61,446 nt of DNA, filler included, from Squatina squatina (GCA_031763465.1; 3 parts of 3 records of this genome joined end to end with filler, not necessarily neighbours in it); one strand, 5' to 3'; positions 26,047-37,664 are shown, counted from the first letter of the whole stretch. Notes: generated by a model not told the origin, from the sequence alone. Made by a program: numbers and translations.

Positions 26047-28398
26047 ATTTTATTGGCTAAAAAGATTGTCAACTGCAAGAAGATCCACCTAAGTTCAAAA
26101 CTCCTTGTACTTGAATATCCCGATAACTTTATCCAGTCAGTGTCATGCCAGGTATGTGAGCACTTACTGGCTGATCCTGTGCAAACACCATGTAAGCACC
26201 TTTTCTGCAGAACTTGTATTCTCAAATGTACTGCAGTTCTGGGCAAGTATTGTCCAGCTTGTAGGTTTCCTTGTGGTCTGACAGAATTCATAAGCCCAGT
26301 TAAATCATTCATGAATGTTCTCAATTCACTAATTCTAAAATGCCCTGTGGCAGACTGTGAGGCGGAGGTGAGACTAGGTGAATATCCTAATCATGCCCAA
26401 GATCACAAAGAAATGAGAATGAAGCATGCTTACTCACCAATAAACAAGGGGGGCCGTCCGAGGCAACATTTGCTGTCTTTAACCCGAAGAGCTCAAAAAC
26501 ATCGTCTGCGAGATCTCAAACTTCAGGTGAAGACCTTTGCAGACAAAGAAGAAGGTGGCGATGTAAAGTCTGTATGTCTTACTCTGTTTTTGCTAGCACT
26601 GAGAGCTGGAAATGAGCACAGGCAAGCAGATGAGCTGGAAGCTCTAATGCAGGGACGAGGATCAGGATTGAAGCCAGCAGTCTGTCTTGCCATTAGAGTT
26701 AATACATTTCTGAGCTGCAGTCAGTACCATAAAATGTATAGGACGGTCAAAGCAACTACTGGGAAGCAGATCTTCCAGCCATTGCATGCACTCCGAAATT
26801 CAGAGAAAACACTGTTGCCAGGTTATTACTCATTTGAATGGCAGCCTCCTCTAGCAAATGTCTCTGCAAACACTGAAGTGGGGATAATAGATGGGGTGAG
26901 TGATTGGCCGCACTGTATTGATGATTACCCAATGGAGACAATTTCAAGACGATTTAGATATGATGTGGCACTTGTTTCAGCTGTGAAGGATCTTGAGGAC
27001 GATATTTTGGAAGGTTTAAAATGTCAAAAAATAGATGAGTTTGTGAGTGGACCGTTCATTGTGGTAATCAAGGAATCTTGTGATGGAATGGGGGATGTCA
27101 GTGAAAANNNNNNNNNNNNNNNNNNNNNNNNNNNNNNNNNNNNNNNNNNNNNNNNNNNNNNNNNNNNNNNNNNNNNNNNNNNNNNNNNNNNNNNNNNNNN
27201 NNNNNNNNNNNNNNNNNNNNNNNNNNNNNNNNNNNNNNNNNNNNNNNNNNNNNNNNNNNNNNNNNNNNNNNNNNNNNNNNNNNNNNNNNNNNNNNNNNNN
27301 NNNNNNNNNNNNNNNNNNNNNNNNNNNNNNNNNNNNNNNNNNNNNNNNNNNNNNNNNNNNNNNNNNNNNNNNNNNNNNNNNNNNNNNNNNNNNNNNNNNN
27401 NNNNNNNNNNNNNNNNNNNNGTGCGAGAAGTCGAAGGCCTTGAAGCATCAGGCTCTGCCTATGTCTGCACATTATGTGATGCCACTAGAAGTGAGGCTTC
27501 ACAGAATTTGATCCTTCATTCCATAACAAGAAGCCATGAAGAGAACTTGGAACGCTATGAAATTTGGCGTACAAATCCATATCACGAGACAGCTGAAGAG
27601 TTACGTGATAGAGTGAAGGGGGTGTCAGCAAAACCATTTATTGAAACGCAGCCTTCTATAGATGCCTTGCATTGCGACATTGGAAATGCAACAGAATTCT
27701 ACAAACTTTTCCAGGATGAGATTGGGGAACTGTACAAAAATCCCAGTCCATCTAAGAATGAAAGGAAAAGGTGGAATGCAATGCTCGATAAACACTTAAG
27801 ACAAAGGACAAACCTGAAACCTGTCATGAGGCTGAATGGAAACTTTGCAAGAAAACTGATGACCAAAGAGACTGTAGAAGCTGTGTGCGAATTGATTCCA
27901 TCTGAAGAAAGGCGAGAAATTCTCAGGGAGTTAATGCACCTTTACCTTCTCATGAAACCAGTGTGGCGTTCCACATTTCCAGTGAGAGAATGCCCAGATC
28001 TTCTTTGCCAGTACAGCTTTAATTCCCAGAGATTTGCAGAACTGCTTCGTACAGAGTTCAAGCACAGGTATGAAGGGAAGATCACCAACTACCTGCATAA
28101 GACTTTGGCTCATGTCCCTGAGATCATTGAAAGAGACGGCTCCATCGGCGCGTGGGCAAGTGAAGGCAATGAATCAGGCAACAAGCTTTTTCGGCGTTTT
28201 AGGAAGATGAACGCAAGGCAGTCCAAAAGCTATGAGTTGGAAGACATTTTGAAACATCACTGGTTGTACACTTCAAAATATTTACAGAGGTTCATGGATG
28301 CACACAATGCATTGAAAGCTGAAAAGTATGCACCTGTACCGCCTGAAGTAATCAGCCAAGATAATACAATACCTGAAGATGATTCCATTGAATTTTAA
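26047..28398 (+). CDS. RAG1: V(D)J recombinase RAG1 (N-terminal part lost in a gap; internal 313-N gap)
   Basis: RING finger, ZnA, nonamer-binding [21 protein letters not shown], catalytic ESCDGMGD (D at 27082) and GNESGNK (E at 28171); single open frame to TAA at 28398. Confidence 0.99.
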   Translation: MLLAKKIVNCKKIHLSSKLLVLEYPDNFIQSVSCQVCEHLLADPVQTPCKHLFCRTCILKCTAVLGKYCPACRFPCGLTEFISPVKSFMNVLNSLILKCPVADCEAEVRLGEYPNHAQDHKEMRMKHAYSPINKGGRPRQHLLSLTRRAQKHRLRDLKLQVKTFADKEEGGDVKSVCLTLFLLALRAGNEHRQADELEALMQGRGSGLKPAVCLAIRVNTFLSCSQYHKMYRTVKATTGKQIFQPLHALRNSEKTLLPGYYSFEWQPPLANVSANTEVGIIDGVSDWPHCIDDYPMETISRRFRYDVALVSAVKDLEDDILEGLKCQKIDEFVSGPFIVVIKESCDGMGDVSEXXXXXXXXXXXXXXXXXXXXXXXXXXXXXXXXXXXXXXXXXXXXXXXXXXXXXXXXXXXXXXXXXXXXXXXXXXXXXXXXXXXXXXXXXXXXXXXXXXXXXXXXXVREVEGLEASGSAYVCTLCDATRSEASQNLILHSITRSHEENLERYEIWRTNPYHETAEELRDRVKGVSAKPFIETQPSIDALHCDIGNATEFYKLFQDEIGELYKNPSPSKNERKRWNAMLDKHLRQRTNLKPVMRLNGNFARKLMTKETVEAVCELIPSEERREILRELMHLYLLMKPVWRSTFPVRECPDLLCQYSFNSQRFAELLRTEFKHRYEGKITNYLHKTLAHVPEIIERDGSIGAWASEGNESGNKLFRRFRKMNARQSKSYELEDILKHHWLYTSKYLQRFMDAHNALKAEKYAPVPPEVISQDNTIPEDDSIEF

Positions 28399-28869
28399 GC
28401 AGAGTTATTAGAGCTAAAATTGGTTCTAAGTATCTTTAACCACAGGAGACTGTGAACAGTCGGTACTGTGTGGGCAGTTGGGCTTATCATGGCCAAACTT
28501 GGTGAGCAGAGTTGGCGTTGGTGAAAAAGTCCCAACAGGATTATCCAGAGAACATGGTCAGTGTAGTGTTGGAAAGGCTCAGTTGATAAATATATGTGTC
28601 AAGTGCAGCCAGAATAGAAAGCACTCATAAGTGAGTGAACCTTTCTATCTTGCTTGGACCATGCTAGATATTCACAGAAAGAAGGAATGTTGTTTAGATT
28701 CTTTGCTCAGATGTGAAAGAAAGTGGGTGAAATACAGAAATCTCACCCTTCTGGAGCTAAGAGGTCAGAATTGTGGAGGGCTGAATTCAGAGAGCATCTT
28801 CAAGTGCTTGCCTCACTTTCCTAGTTCCTTCCCTGCTTTTCTGCAGGCATTAATTCCTGCTCAGGTATA

Positions 28870-29200
28870 GTTCTACAGGGCGAGGGTACAGTACCCCCTG
28901 GTACCTTGTTCAAATGGCCATGAATTGCCAGCAAGCTATTTTTACCATAGGGGGCATGGCAGCTGAGCTCAATCCTGCTGTCACGTAAAATCCATGCACA
29001 TACACTCCCTGGCACAGGTCACTGGTTAGCAGTCAGGAATAGAAACACTTGCTGATACTTTTCCTGTCACTGGCTAAGATACTGAGGCCAATCAGATCAC
29101 TCTTACTACAATACCAGCTGAGATCTCCAAACTAAACACAGACCAAGGATCAAACCCAAGATTTCCTGGTCTGCATCAGAAAATGTATTTATGCACTTAA
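28870..29200 (-). mobile_element. tRNA-derived SINE (second family) downstream of RAG1
   Basis: Minus strand has the head cagaccaggaa..gggtttgatcc (B-box-like) and a body shared with 2886-3055 and 47390-47640. Confidence 0.55.
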
Positions 29201-29779
29201 CCCTCAGAGGTGTCCCGATAAAGTGCATTTGTAGATACCAGCTAAGAAGGAACAAAAGGAGCAACAAGTCAAGTGCTTACTGCTAGCTCCTCCTTGACTC
29301 CTTGGTAAAAGAACATGTAACCAAGGCATATTGACCAGGAAGTCCCAGATTTGATTCACAGGCTGTACTTCGTCAAATTGGCAAGCATTTTTGATTATTA
29401 TTTTAGTGCCGTAACTTTTGGATAGGTTTCTTTCAGGTGCTGTGTAATGGGTAACCAATCAGATACCACTAGTATCAGATACTCCACTGAAGTTGAAAGT
29501 TACCCCCTATGTGTANNNNNNNNNNNNNNNNNNNNNNNNNNNNNNNNNNNNNNNNNNNNNNNNNNNNNNNNNNNNNNNNNNNNNNNNNNNNNNNNNNNNN
29601 NNNNNNNNNNNNNNNGTCCATACAATTATGTCTGATATCTTTGTGCGATAATAAGTCTAAAATAAGCTTGATATTAGAATACATAAATATTTCTTTGAGC
29701 ATCCCCCCATGTTAAATTCTAAAATGTCACATTGCCAATCATTTCCAAGTCTAGAATTACTGCTAAAAGTCTTTCAGTT

Positions 29780-31339
29780 TCAATCAAACAGTCTCTTCAG
29801 AAAGCTCTTTTTCATGGGCGTCCTTTTCAGTGTTGCTGGTGATTTCTTACGCGGGGATTTTATTGGCGTTCGCTTTATCTGTTTTTTCTTCTGTGGAGTT
29901 TGAATTCCTCTGTCTATATAATGCTCATTGCAAAAATACTTTGTATTCTCCTGAGAGAACTGAATCAGCTGTGATTCGGCGAGATCCATGCACTGGGCAT
30001 GCACCCAGTGCCCATCATCTCCTCCACTGGAGCAGAAGATCATAGCAGGTTTATTGAGCTCTGTGGAGTAATAAGGCACCCAGATGTTGATATTCATATT
30101 ACAGGTGGCACTGCATTTAATCCAGTAACCTTCCTCATCACCATTATCCAAGTTCTCCACATCATCAGAGCCATCAGCTATCACTTCAAAGTGAAATTCT
30201 TCTGAATCTTCAAATGTGCTGCATTCCTCCGGATCAGTAAAGGATTCCTGGCTGGCAGAAACTTGGCTTTCTTCCTCTAACTGTCCAAATTTTGCGATAT
30301 AGAAGTAGTTTGCCTCAGCTGTATCGTGTTTGCTTTCTCCAGGAATGCCGATTAACACTGCACTACTTCCCATATCACTGCCAAACCAGGTTTTGCTTGC
30401 TTTGATATCAGCAGTCCATGCCGGGGGCTCCTTTTCCAAAACCTGAATGTTGTCATTCTCCAAAATGATGGTGTTACAAATCATTCGCTTCTCGCTCTCA
30501 GATTCATAGCCACCGACAATTATGAATTCAGCTTTGCCAGCCTGGGTCACTATTGCACTTGATACAGAGATACCACTCTGCAGTATTGTACAGCTTACGC
30601 TTGGATAGTTCCCTAACAGATTAACCTTTAGACTAAACAATCTTGCAGGGCGATGATTGGTTTCAATGGAATGTCCACCTAATATGTAGACAGTGTCATT
30701 TTTTGCAATGGAAACATGGAATGAAAACCCATCTTCTATTTCTGGAAGCATGTGGGATGTGCAATGTCCGGTGCTTATATCAATCAGAAAAATCTGTGGC
30801 AAACAGTCCACTACACTGTTCCAGTTTTCTGTGGTTCTTTGCCCTGGAGGCCGATAACATCGACCCCCAAACAAGACACACATGTCTTGTCCCTTGCTCT
30901 GAATCACATTGATGGTGTGACCATATCTTCCTTGGGGGACATCTCCTTTTAGGTTTTTTTCAATGCAACGAAGGGAGGTTCTCTTGTTACCAGAATTGCT
31001 GTAAACCATCATAAGGTAAAGTGAATTAGGCAGTTCATTATTTGGAGCTCTCCCACCATGAATGAGGTAAAAAGGGCTCTTTGTTTCTGAGGGATCTGAG
31101 TATTGAGTTATTGCAGGGCAACGCAACGGGGGAAGATAGCACGAGTCAGACGAAAATGAAACAGCTTTCAGTTTGAGAATGTGATCTTTGAGATGAAGAA
31201 GAAAAACACCTGTACAGCAGGATCTTTTAGGCCACCCTTTCTGGCCAAAAAGAAAGACTTCACCATGAAAATTCAATAAGGAGAATCCCGGATGTATAAG
31301 GGCTGTGTTGCTGCTGTCTGAAACCATTTGTATGGACAT
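29780..31339 (-). CDS. RAG2: V(D)J recombinase RAG2, complete single-exon ORF (519 aa)
   Basis: MSIQMV..HPGFSL..FGQKGWPKRSC kelch propeller, acidic hinge (FEDSEEF), PHD finger (GYWIKC..HWVHAQCMDL..YFCNEH) and KKSFLKRLFD end. The true start is ATG 31339, downstream of a splice acceptor at 31364-31363. Confidence 0.99.
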   Translation of the reverse strand: MSIQMVSDSSNTALIHPGFSLLNFHGEVFLFGQKGWPKRSCCTGVFLLHLKDHILKLKAVSFSSDSCYLPPLRCPAITQYSDPSETKSPFYLIHGGRAPNNELPNSLYLMMVYSNSGNKRTSLRCIEKNLKGDVPQGRYGHTINVIQSKGQDMCVLFGGRCYRPPGQRTTENWNSVVDCLPQIFLIDISTGHCTSHMLPEIEDGFSFHVSIAKNDTVYILGGHSIETNHRPARLFSLKVNLLGNYPSVSCTILQSGISVSSAIVTQAGKAEFIIVGGYESESEKRMICNTIILENDNIQVLEKEPPAWTADIKASKTWFGSDMGSSAVLIGIPGESKHDTAEANYFYIAKFGQLEEESQVSASQESFTDPEECSTFEDSEEFHFEVIADGSDDVENLDNGDEEGYWIKCSATCNMNINIWVPYYSTELNKPAMIFCSSGGDDGHWVHAQCMDLAESQLIQFSQENTKYFCNEHYIDRGIQTPQKKKQIKRTPIKSPRKKSPATLKRTPMKKSFLKRLFD

Positions 31340-31999
31340 TGCTGCAGTGGAAAGTAGAGTACCTTTGAAAGGAAGAGAAATATAAAATATTAGAAATGAA
31401 AGATTTAAAGCAAAATTAATTGTCACAGATTGCAATGATGCAGAACTAACCACTCTACAGCTTTTTATAGGTGTACAAATGCTGCTTTTTTACTATAATT
31501 TGTCTGATAAATCGGCGATTAAAAATGACCTTCATTTTATATTTCAAAATTCAATTATTTTGGGTTGATGAAATTCTTTTATGTTATTAAATGATGAACA
31601 CATTGCACTACATTGATTTTTAAAAAATCAATTATTTGTAATGCACAAGCTGTAATTGCTTTCAACATTGTTACAGCAGTTAAGTTTCAATAAATCTTCA
31701 TTCAGCCCACTTTGTTTCTTTTCAATTACACCTCAGGCTATTTTTCTGTTTTTGAGCATTGTCCTTTCTTTGGAAAATTGGTGGGGGGTGCCGGGGAGGG
31801 GGTGCGGTTTGTAAAAATTATAATAGAACTCTCAAACTGTAGAGCCATGTTATTAAAGATTCTGGTATGGGGTGGAGATTATTGCCTAGAAGTTGGCTTG
31901 CGGCAGCAGGCCAGTGAGAAGTGGGTCGGGGAGCACAAGATGGGGTTCGACTGTGACCCTCCTTGCCTCCCTTCTTGAATGTCCCGCTCTCGCTCGCTG

Positions 32000-32086
32000 C
32001 CTGTGCTAATTCTAGCCTCTCGCGCACCCACCGATTCCCATCGCTCCACCATTGGCGGCCGTGCCTTCAGCTGCCTGGGGCCCCGA
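32000..32086 (+). mobile_element. L2 LINE 3' fragment
   Basis: Encodes HRSTIGGRAFSCLGP. Confidence 0.7.
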
Positions 32087-32189
32087 NNNNNNNNNNNNNN
32101 NNNNNNNNNNNNNNNNNNNNNNNNNNNNNNNNNNNNNNNNNNNNNNNNNNNNNNNNNNNNNNNNNNNNNNNNNNNNNNNNNNNNNNAGT

Positions 32190-32710
32190 GCTTCCAACTT
32201 CTTTGTTGGCCACTTAATTGCTTCCAGCTGCGTGTGTCCCACATGTGGCCCTGCTGACTGCTCAGTTCACACAGAACAACCCGCACAGCCCCTGTTCAGT
32301 ACTCGGGCTCGGCTCTCAGCCCCTGCTTGGTTGATACAGCATCCGCTCAGGCATGGTCCTTCCTTCTTTCCTTCCTTCCTTCCTTTGACTGCTCTCACTT
32401 GCGCTGCATTATCTGAGCTGAGGCCTGTGTCACCGCTGAAAAACGCAGGCGTTGTCACCGCTGGATTTAGTGCACACCGACACTGTGCAATTTCGGATGG
32501 GCGGCCATTTTGGGCGCCACGCACACTTATGGTGTCATAGCGCCGCGATTACGCTTCAGCCAGCGCTTCAAGCTTTATGGGACTTGCGCCCGTTTTGCGC
32601 CAGCGCGAACGGGACCCAAATTTTGCGCCCGCGATTTCACACCTAAAGTGCCTTTAGGCCCGTTTCGCGCTGATTTCACGCCAAAAGTTTTCCCTCAAAT
32701 TGGCCGCCCT
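32190..32710. mobile_element. End of a CpG-rich Harbinger-type non-autonomous element
   Basis: Terminates in aaattggccgccc, the reverse complement resembling the GGGCGCCCAATT start at 49492; repeated ggcgc/tttcacg subterminal motifs; abuts a CR1 fragment at 32715-32828. Confidence 0.55.
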
Positions 32711-35700
32711 ACATTTGGTCCCCTCGTCCATATCATTGATATACATTGTGAATAACTGGGGCCCAAGCACCGATCCCTTGCGGTACCCCACTAGTCACCG
32801 CCTGCCATCCTGAAAAAGACCCGTTTATNNNNNNNNNNNNNNNNNNNNNNNNNNNNNNNNNNNNNNNNNNNNNNNNNNNNNNNNNNNNNNNNNNNNNNNN
32901 NNNNNNNNNNNNNNNNNNNNNNNNNNNNGCTGCGCTTCCATGACTTGCCCTTAAATTAAATCAAATACTATCCCAATATAAGAAAATCTTAATCCTTTAA
33001 ACTGACCCCCTAACCTAAAGTACTGACACAAATATGGCCAGACCACTCTATAAAATATTAAATGATTTTGGTATAACCTTGAATTATGGCTAACATGATT
33101 ATCAAGGGCACTCTGGAACCAGTTCAATTGATTACTAATCATTTTTATGAACTCGCATGCAAGTTCTGGCCCTTTAATTGCATCACATTGGTAGGAGGCC
33201 TCTCATTGCAATTATGAATATTCACACAGTGAATGCATTGATTTTAATCCTTGCCTACAAACCCTTTATATTTTCTGAGCTCAAGATGGTTCTGTTTTTA
33301 AATTAAACTTCAGAAAGTATTTAGCGCCCTCTATATTTAAATGCAAGTTATTAGTAATGAGACTAATAATGATTACTGCAACTGCTGCCCAGGGACTGTC
33401 CCTGCTACGCCACAGTTGCCTCAGACTGGGCTGTTCTGCACCATTGCAGCTCATCAAAACACAGCTGGGCAGATAAGCAACAAAACAGCAGACACCTCTA
33501 ATGAACAGGTTTATTGGTTAAAGAATTGAGCCAATGCTGCAGTTGGAGCATTATGATAAAACCATTGTTTGATGTACAGATGCTGTATTTTCTCAAATAG
33601 AAGCAGGATTAAAACTAATTTTAGCTTGCATTGGATTTATGCAACATGTCCTCAGTCTTTCTGTTGAGATGTCTCCAGTTTTGCTGGTCAGTTCTTAAAT
33701 AATTGCAGCCCATTCCTATTAATACAAAGGCTATTAGGTAATTTATTGAATGAAATTGGATTTTTACAAGTTCTTAAGATGCGGGCATCAGTGGCAAGGC
33801 TGGCATTTATTGCCCATCCCTAGTTTNNNNNNNNNNNNNNNNNNNNNNNNNNNNNNNNNNNNNNNNNNNNNNNNNNNNNNNNNNNNNNNNNNNNNNNNNN
33901 NNNNNNNNNNNNNNNNNNNNNNNNNNAATGATTTGATATTAGAGAAAAGGAGTAGGAGCTGTTTCAAAAGAACAGAAATCAAAAATGCATCTTTTTTCAT
34001 TATCTTAGTAAATGTGTGAGCATGGGAGGAAAGGATAAAGTACAAACTGCACAGCCTTCAGCGAAGTCCGAGATCAGAGAATACTTTTTCCCCCACAGGA
34101 TGCTGGATATATGGAACAAACTTCTCCAGAAGGAACTTGATTCAGTGGGGATTGGCACCATTAAAAGGATAGGTTTGATACCTGCTGACGATTGAGTGTT
34201 GCACAGATATTTAACAAAGCTGCTTGATTTTTTGAGGGGAGGAAGTTAGTGTTCCTTCACGTTGGGATTCAGCAGGAAGTATGGGAGGGAAGATTACGAT
34301 GGATTAATCAAATGCATCTGGATGGAGTGGGACTGAATGGTCTTTCTCATCTTATTTAATTTGGTTTGAGCTCAGGTGCAGAAGCTGCCTCAATGGCCTG
34401 GCTGGGGGTTTACGACTCACTGTGTAGCACTCAACTCTCAGCCTCCCATTGTGTGTAACAGCACATTGGTGGGTAACCACACTGTAACAGGGCTCACTAA
34501 CTCTACGCCTTATACAATCCCGGGCCCAAGGCATTGCAACATGTGCCATTGAGTGACCTCTTGGTGCCCTTGAGCGTGGAATTCTGCAGAGTGGGTCCGC
34601 AGCGCTCTCAGAGAGCGGGATCTGGCTCAAGTTGCAGCCGCAGTCTCCCGGATAGGCGTGAATTTCTCCGGGTGCAAACAGTTTAGATGTGGGTTAAAAT
34701 GACAGTTGCCACAGGTGGGCGAGCATATAGCAATTGTGGTAAGAATTACCTCGGGTTGAGGGAACTCTATTGCGATTGGATCATTTCTAGGCCATTCGAA
34801 GAAGCTGCATTCAGCAATCTGTCAGGTGCTTAATGTTTCGAGGGTTTAAGTGCAGTATTGTTATCTTTTCACAAAGGTATTTGTTGAGTCAAACAAAGCT
34901 ATCTAAAANNNNNNNNNNNNNNNNNNNNNNNNNNNNNNNNNNNNNNNNNNNNNNNNNNNNNNNNNNNNNNNNNNNNNNNNNNNNNNNNNNNNNNNNNNNN
35001 NNNNNNNNAACCATGTCATTATCTCAGTAGTTGTGAAAATGCGCTCTGATAATTTGAAATGTAAATGTGACATTTTATTCTGAAGCAAATTAACAGATCT
35101 GTCTTTGGGCTTTCCTGTTTCTTGGCTGCTGAATTCAATCTCCGAGATCGTCATTAGTGTAATCTGCGGTACAACAATAGACAATTACTGGGAGGCTTAT
35201 GAAAGAAAATCGAGTTTGTTAGAAGTAGATGAGTGATTACTGTAATTTTTTTTACTGCATGCTGGGAATGGTCTTCAAAGTGACACTTTGTTCACTTGGC
35301 GCTTGAAAACATTGCTACTGATATTTAATCTTTGCATTTTGTTCTAATATTGGCCGACATGCTCTTAATCTAATCGCTCAAGTGTAACTGCAATTTGTAA
35401 CTCATGAAATAACTACCAGGAATATCTCCTCCCATGCCTGTTCAGCACTAAGTAGCTAACCTACATGAATGCCAGGAGAGGTTCTCTCTCCCATCTCCCC
35501 CTCTGAGTCTGATACTTAATTTATAGCTGTCTTTGAAAGGGGCCTACTAGTTAATTTATGATAGTGATTTTGAAAGCTGCTTTGTACACTGGTGGGGTTG
35601 TCCTCCTGCTGTTGAAACCACCCTGTGTATATGTGGCCAGTTTTACCAAGAGGAAGGAAACAACAGCAGGCAGAAACAACACCAGCTGGAATTACTTCCC

Positions 35701-36079
35701 CTCTTGTGCAGCAATTCACTAAGTTGTTGTAGCACTTATTGTGGCTTATCTACAGTTTATACACTGACTTGAGTAAAAGGTGTGTTTCAAAAATATTTAA
35801 TAAAACCACGTAGGTTATGCTTGTGTACATGTGGCTTTTTATGGGTTTTAATATTATTTGCCCAGCGAGCTGGAAGTTACTGAGGAACAGCTACTGCTTA
35901 CTTAACTTCAGCTGTTTTAATGGTTGGGGGAGGAAAGGCCAAAGCAACATCAAAGCTGTTTCATTTACACAGAATTATATAGAATTTAAAGCACAGAAAC
36001 AGGCTATTTGGCCCAACTGCTCTATGTAGTTAAAACACTTTTCTTTAAAAAAAGGATGTGGTTATTTATGTTAGATAAA

Positions 36080-36577
36080 AGTAGCAATGCAGGTTAACAA
36101 AGCCATAACAAGTGCAAATAAAGCACTGGGGTTCATTTCTAGAGGGATAGTTTTCCAAAGCAGGGAAGTTATATTAAACTTGTATAGAAAGAACCTTGGC
36201 TAGGCCACACTTGGGAGCGCTGTGCACAGTTCTGGTCTCCATATTACAAAAAGGAAATATAGAAGCACTGGCGAAAGTACAAAAAAAAGATTTACAAGGA
36301 TGATACCAGAACTGAAAGGTTATACCAATCAGGAAAGATTGAACAGGCTGGGACTCTTTTCTCTGGAAAAGAGTAGACTGAAAGATGGCCTGATAGAGGT
36401 CTTTAAAATTATGAAGTGGTTGGATAGGGTAGACATTCAGAAGATGTTTCCATTTATGGGCTGTCCAAAATGAAGGGCCATAAATATAAGATAGTCACTA
36501 AAAAAGCTAATAAGGAATTCAGGAGAAATTTCTTTACTCAGAGTGGTGAGACTGTGGAACACGTTACTATGTGAAGT
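36080..36577 (+). mobile_element. CR1 LINE 3' fragment
   Basis: Encodes RFTRMIPELKGY..RLGLFSLEK..LIEVFKIMK; same subfamily as 10190-10902. Confidence 0.9.
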
Positions 36578-37664
36578 NNNNNNNNNNNNNNNNNNNNNNN
36601 NNNNNNNNNNNNNNNNNNNNNNNNNNNNNNNNNNNNNNNNNNNNNNNNNNNNNNNNNNNNNNNNNNNNNNNNNNNNNGCTGAGAGTCTCCAGTTTTTTTC
36701 TGTCGCTACTGCAGAGCCCTGACCAGGTGAAAAGGTGAAGCTCTTAAAGCAGGCCTGTCCACAGATAGACCCACTTTACTCCAACATGATTTCTTTGTAA
36801 GTAAGATTGCTCAAGTAAGAGGGATGCTGCAGGTGATCTTTAACTTTCTTAAGAATAAGAGAGAGCATATACTGTGCCCCAAGTAATGGGTTGATACCAT
36901 TGGGCATCATGCGATGTATTGTATTCAGAAGACAATCTATCTTGTGTTGAAANNNNNNNNNNGGTGTATTACTGATAGACATGACTGGTAGACATTAAAC
37001 TGGTTGTATATCTGTCTCTTAAGTTATCAAAAATTGCCTTTTTCTGCAGTGGTCTCCTCTTTCCTTGCTTTACTACCATCTCTGAGCAATTAAACTTCCT
37101 CAGGGGCAGGCTTAAGGTGTCTTTAATGCAAAACTGTTTGCCATATTTCTTGGTATCAGAAGGATGTTGTGTTTTTCAGTGGGAACCAAAAGAAAGAAAA
37201 TCCAACCTCTTGGGGGCACCATCAATCCAGGAGTGAGCATAAGAGCAGAAAGGATCAAAGGATATGAGAGTATGAAGTTCTACTGTGACGCTGCTGTAAT
37301 CCTGGGTTTTCAGCATTATGGGTTAGTGTTAGCAGAGAAATTATACATTATTAAGGGCTTATTTCAGATCAGACTGTTGTGTGCCAGTAGATTAGGGCAC
37401 TGTGGAAGATTTCCTTCTCGCTATGTGTGGTGGAAATAAGGGTGTTTATCATATTATTACATACTTTAATGCACTTTTGTAGCATTAATTATGCTGCATC
37501 TCTTGCAGTTATCCAAGTGTTTTGTTCTCAACAGCAGCATCTTTAAAATGACCAAACAACTCTGAAGTTTTTATTTTCTCAGAGAGGAGGAAAAACCTTC
37601 TAATAACATAGACTGCTTATATTTACTTATATATATTTCAAGCTCAACCAGGAGGCTTAATATG

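Noticed and set aside
31340-31453. 38-aa N-terminal extension of RAG2 in the ORF track
   Set aside because: It starts at a non-ATG codon and runs through a polypyrimidine tract and splice acceptor; the ATG at 31339 matches known RAG2 starts.
25300-37500. RAG1-RAG2 pair as an intact RAG transposon with terminal inverted repeats
   Set aside because: No correctly oriented heptamer-spacer-nonamer pair or TSD was found. CACTGTG at 32481, 34418 and 37398 lacks a nonamer at 12 or 23 nt, and the proteins have domesticated features (R848 equivalent, acidic hinge).
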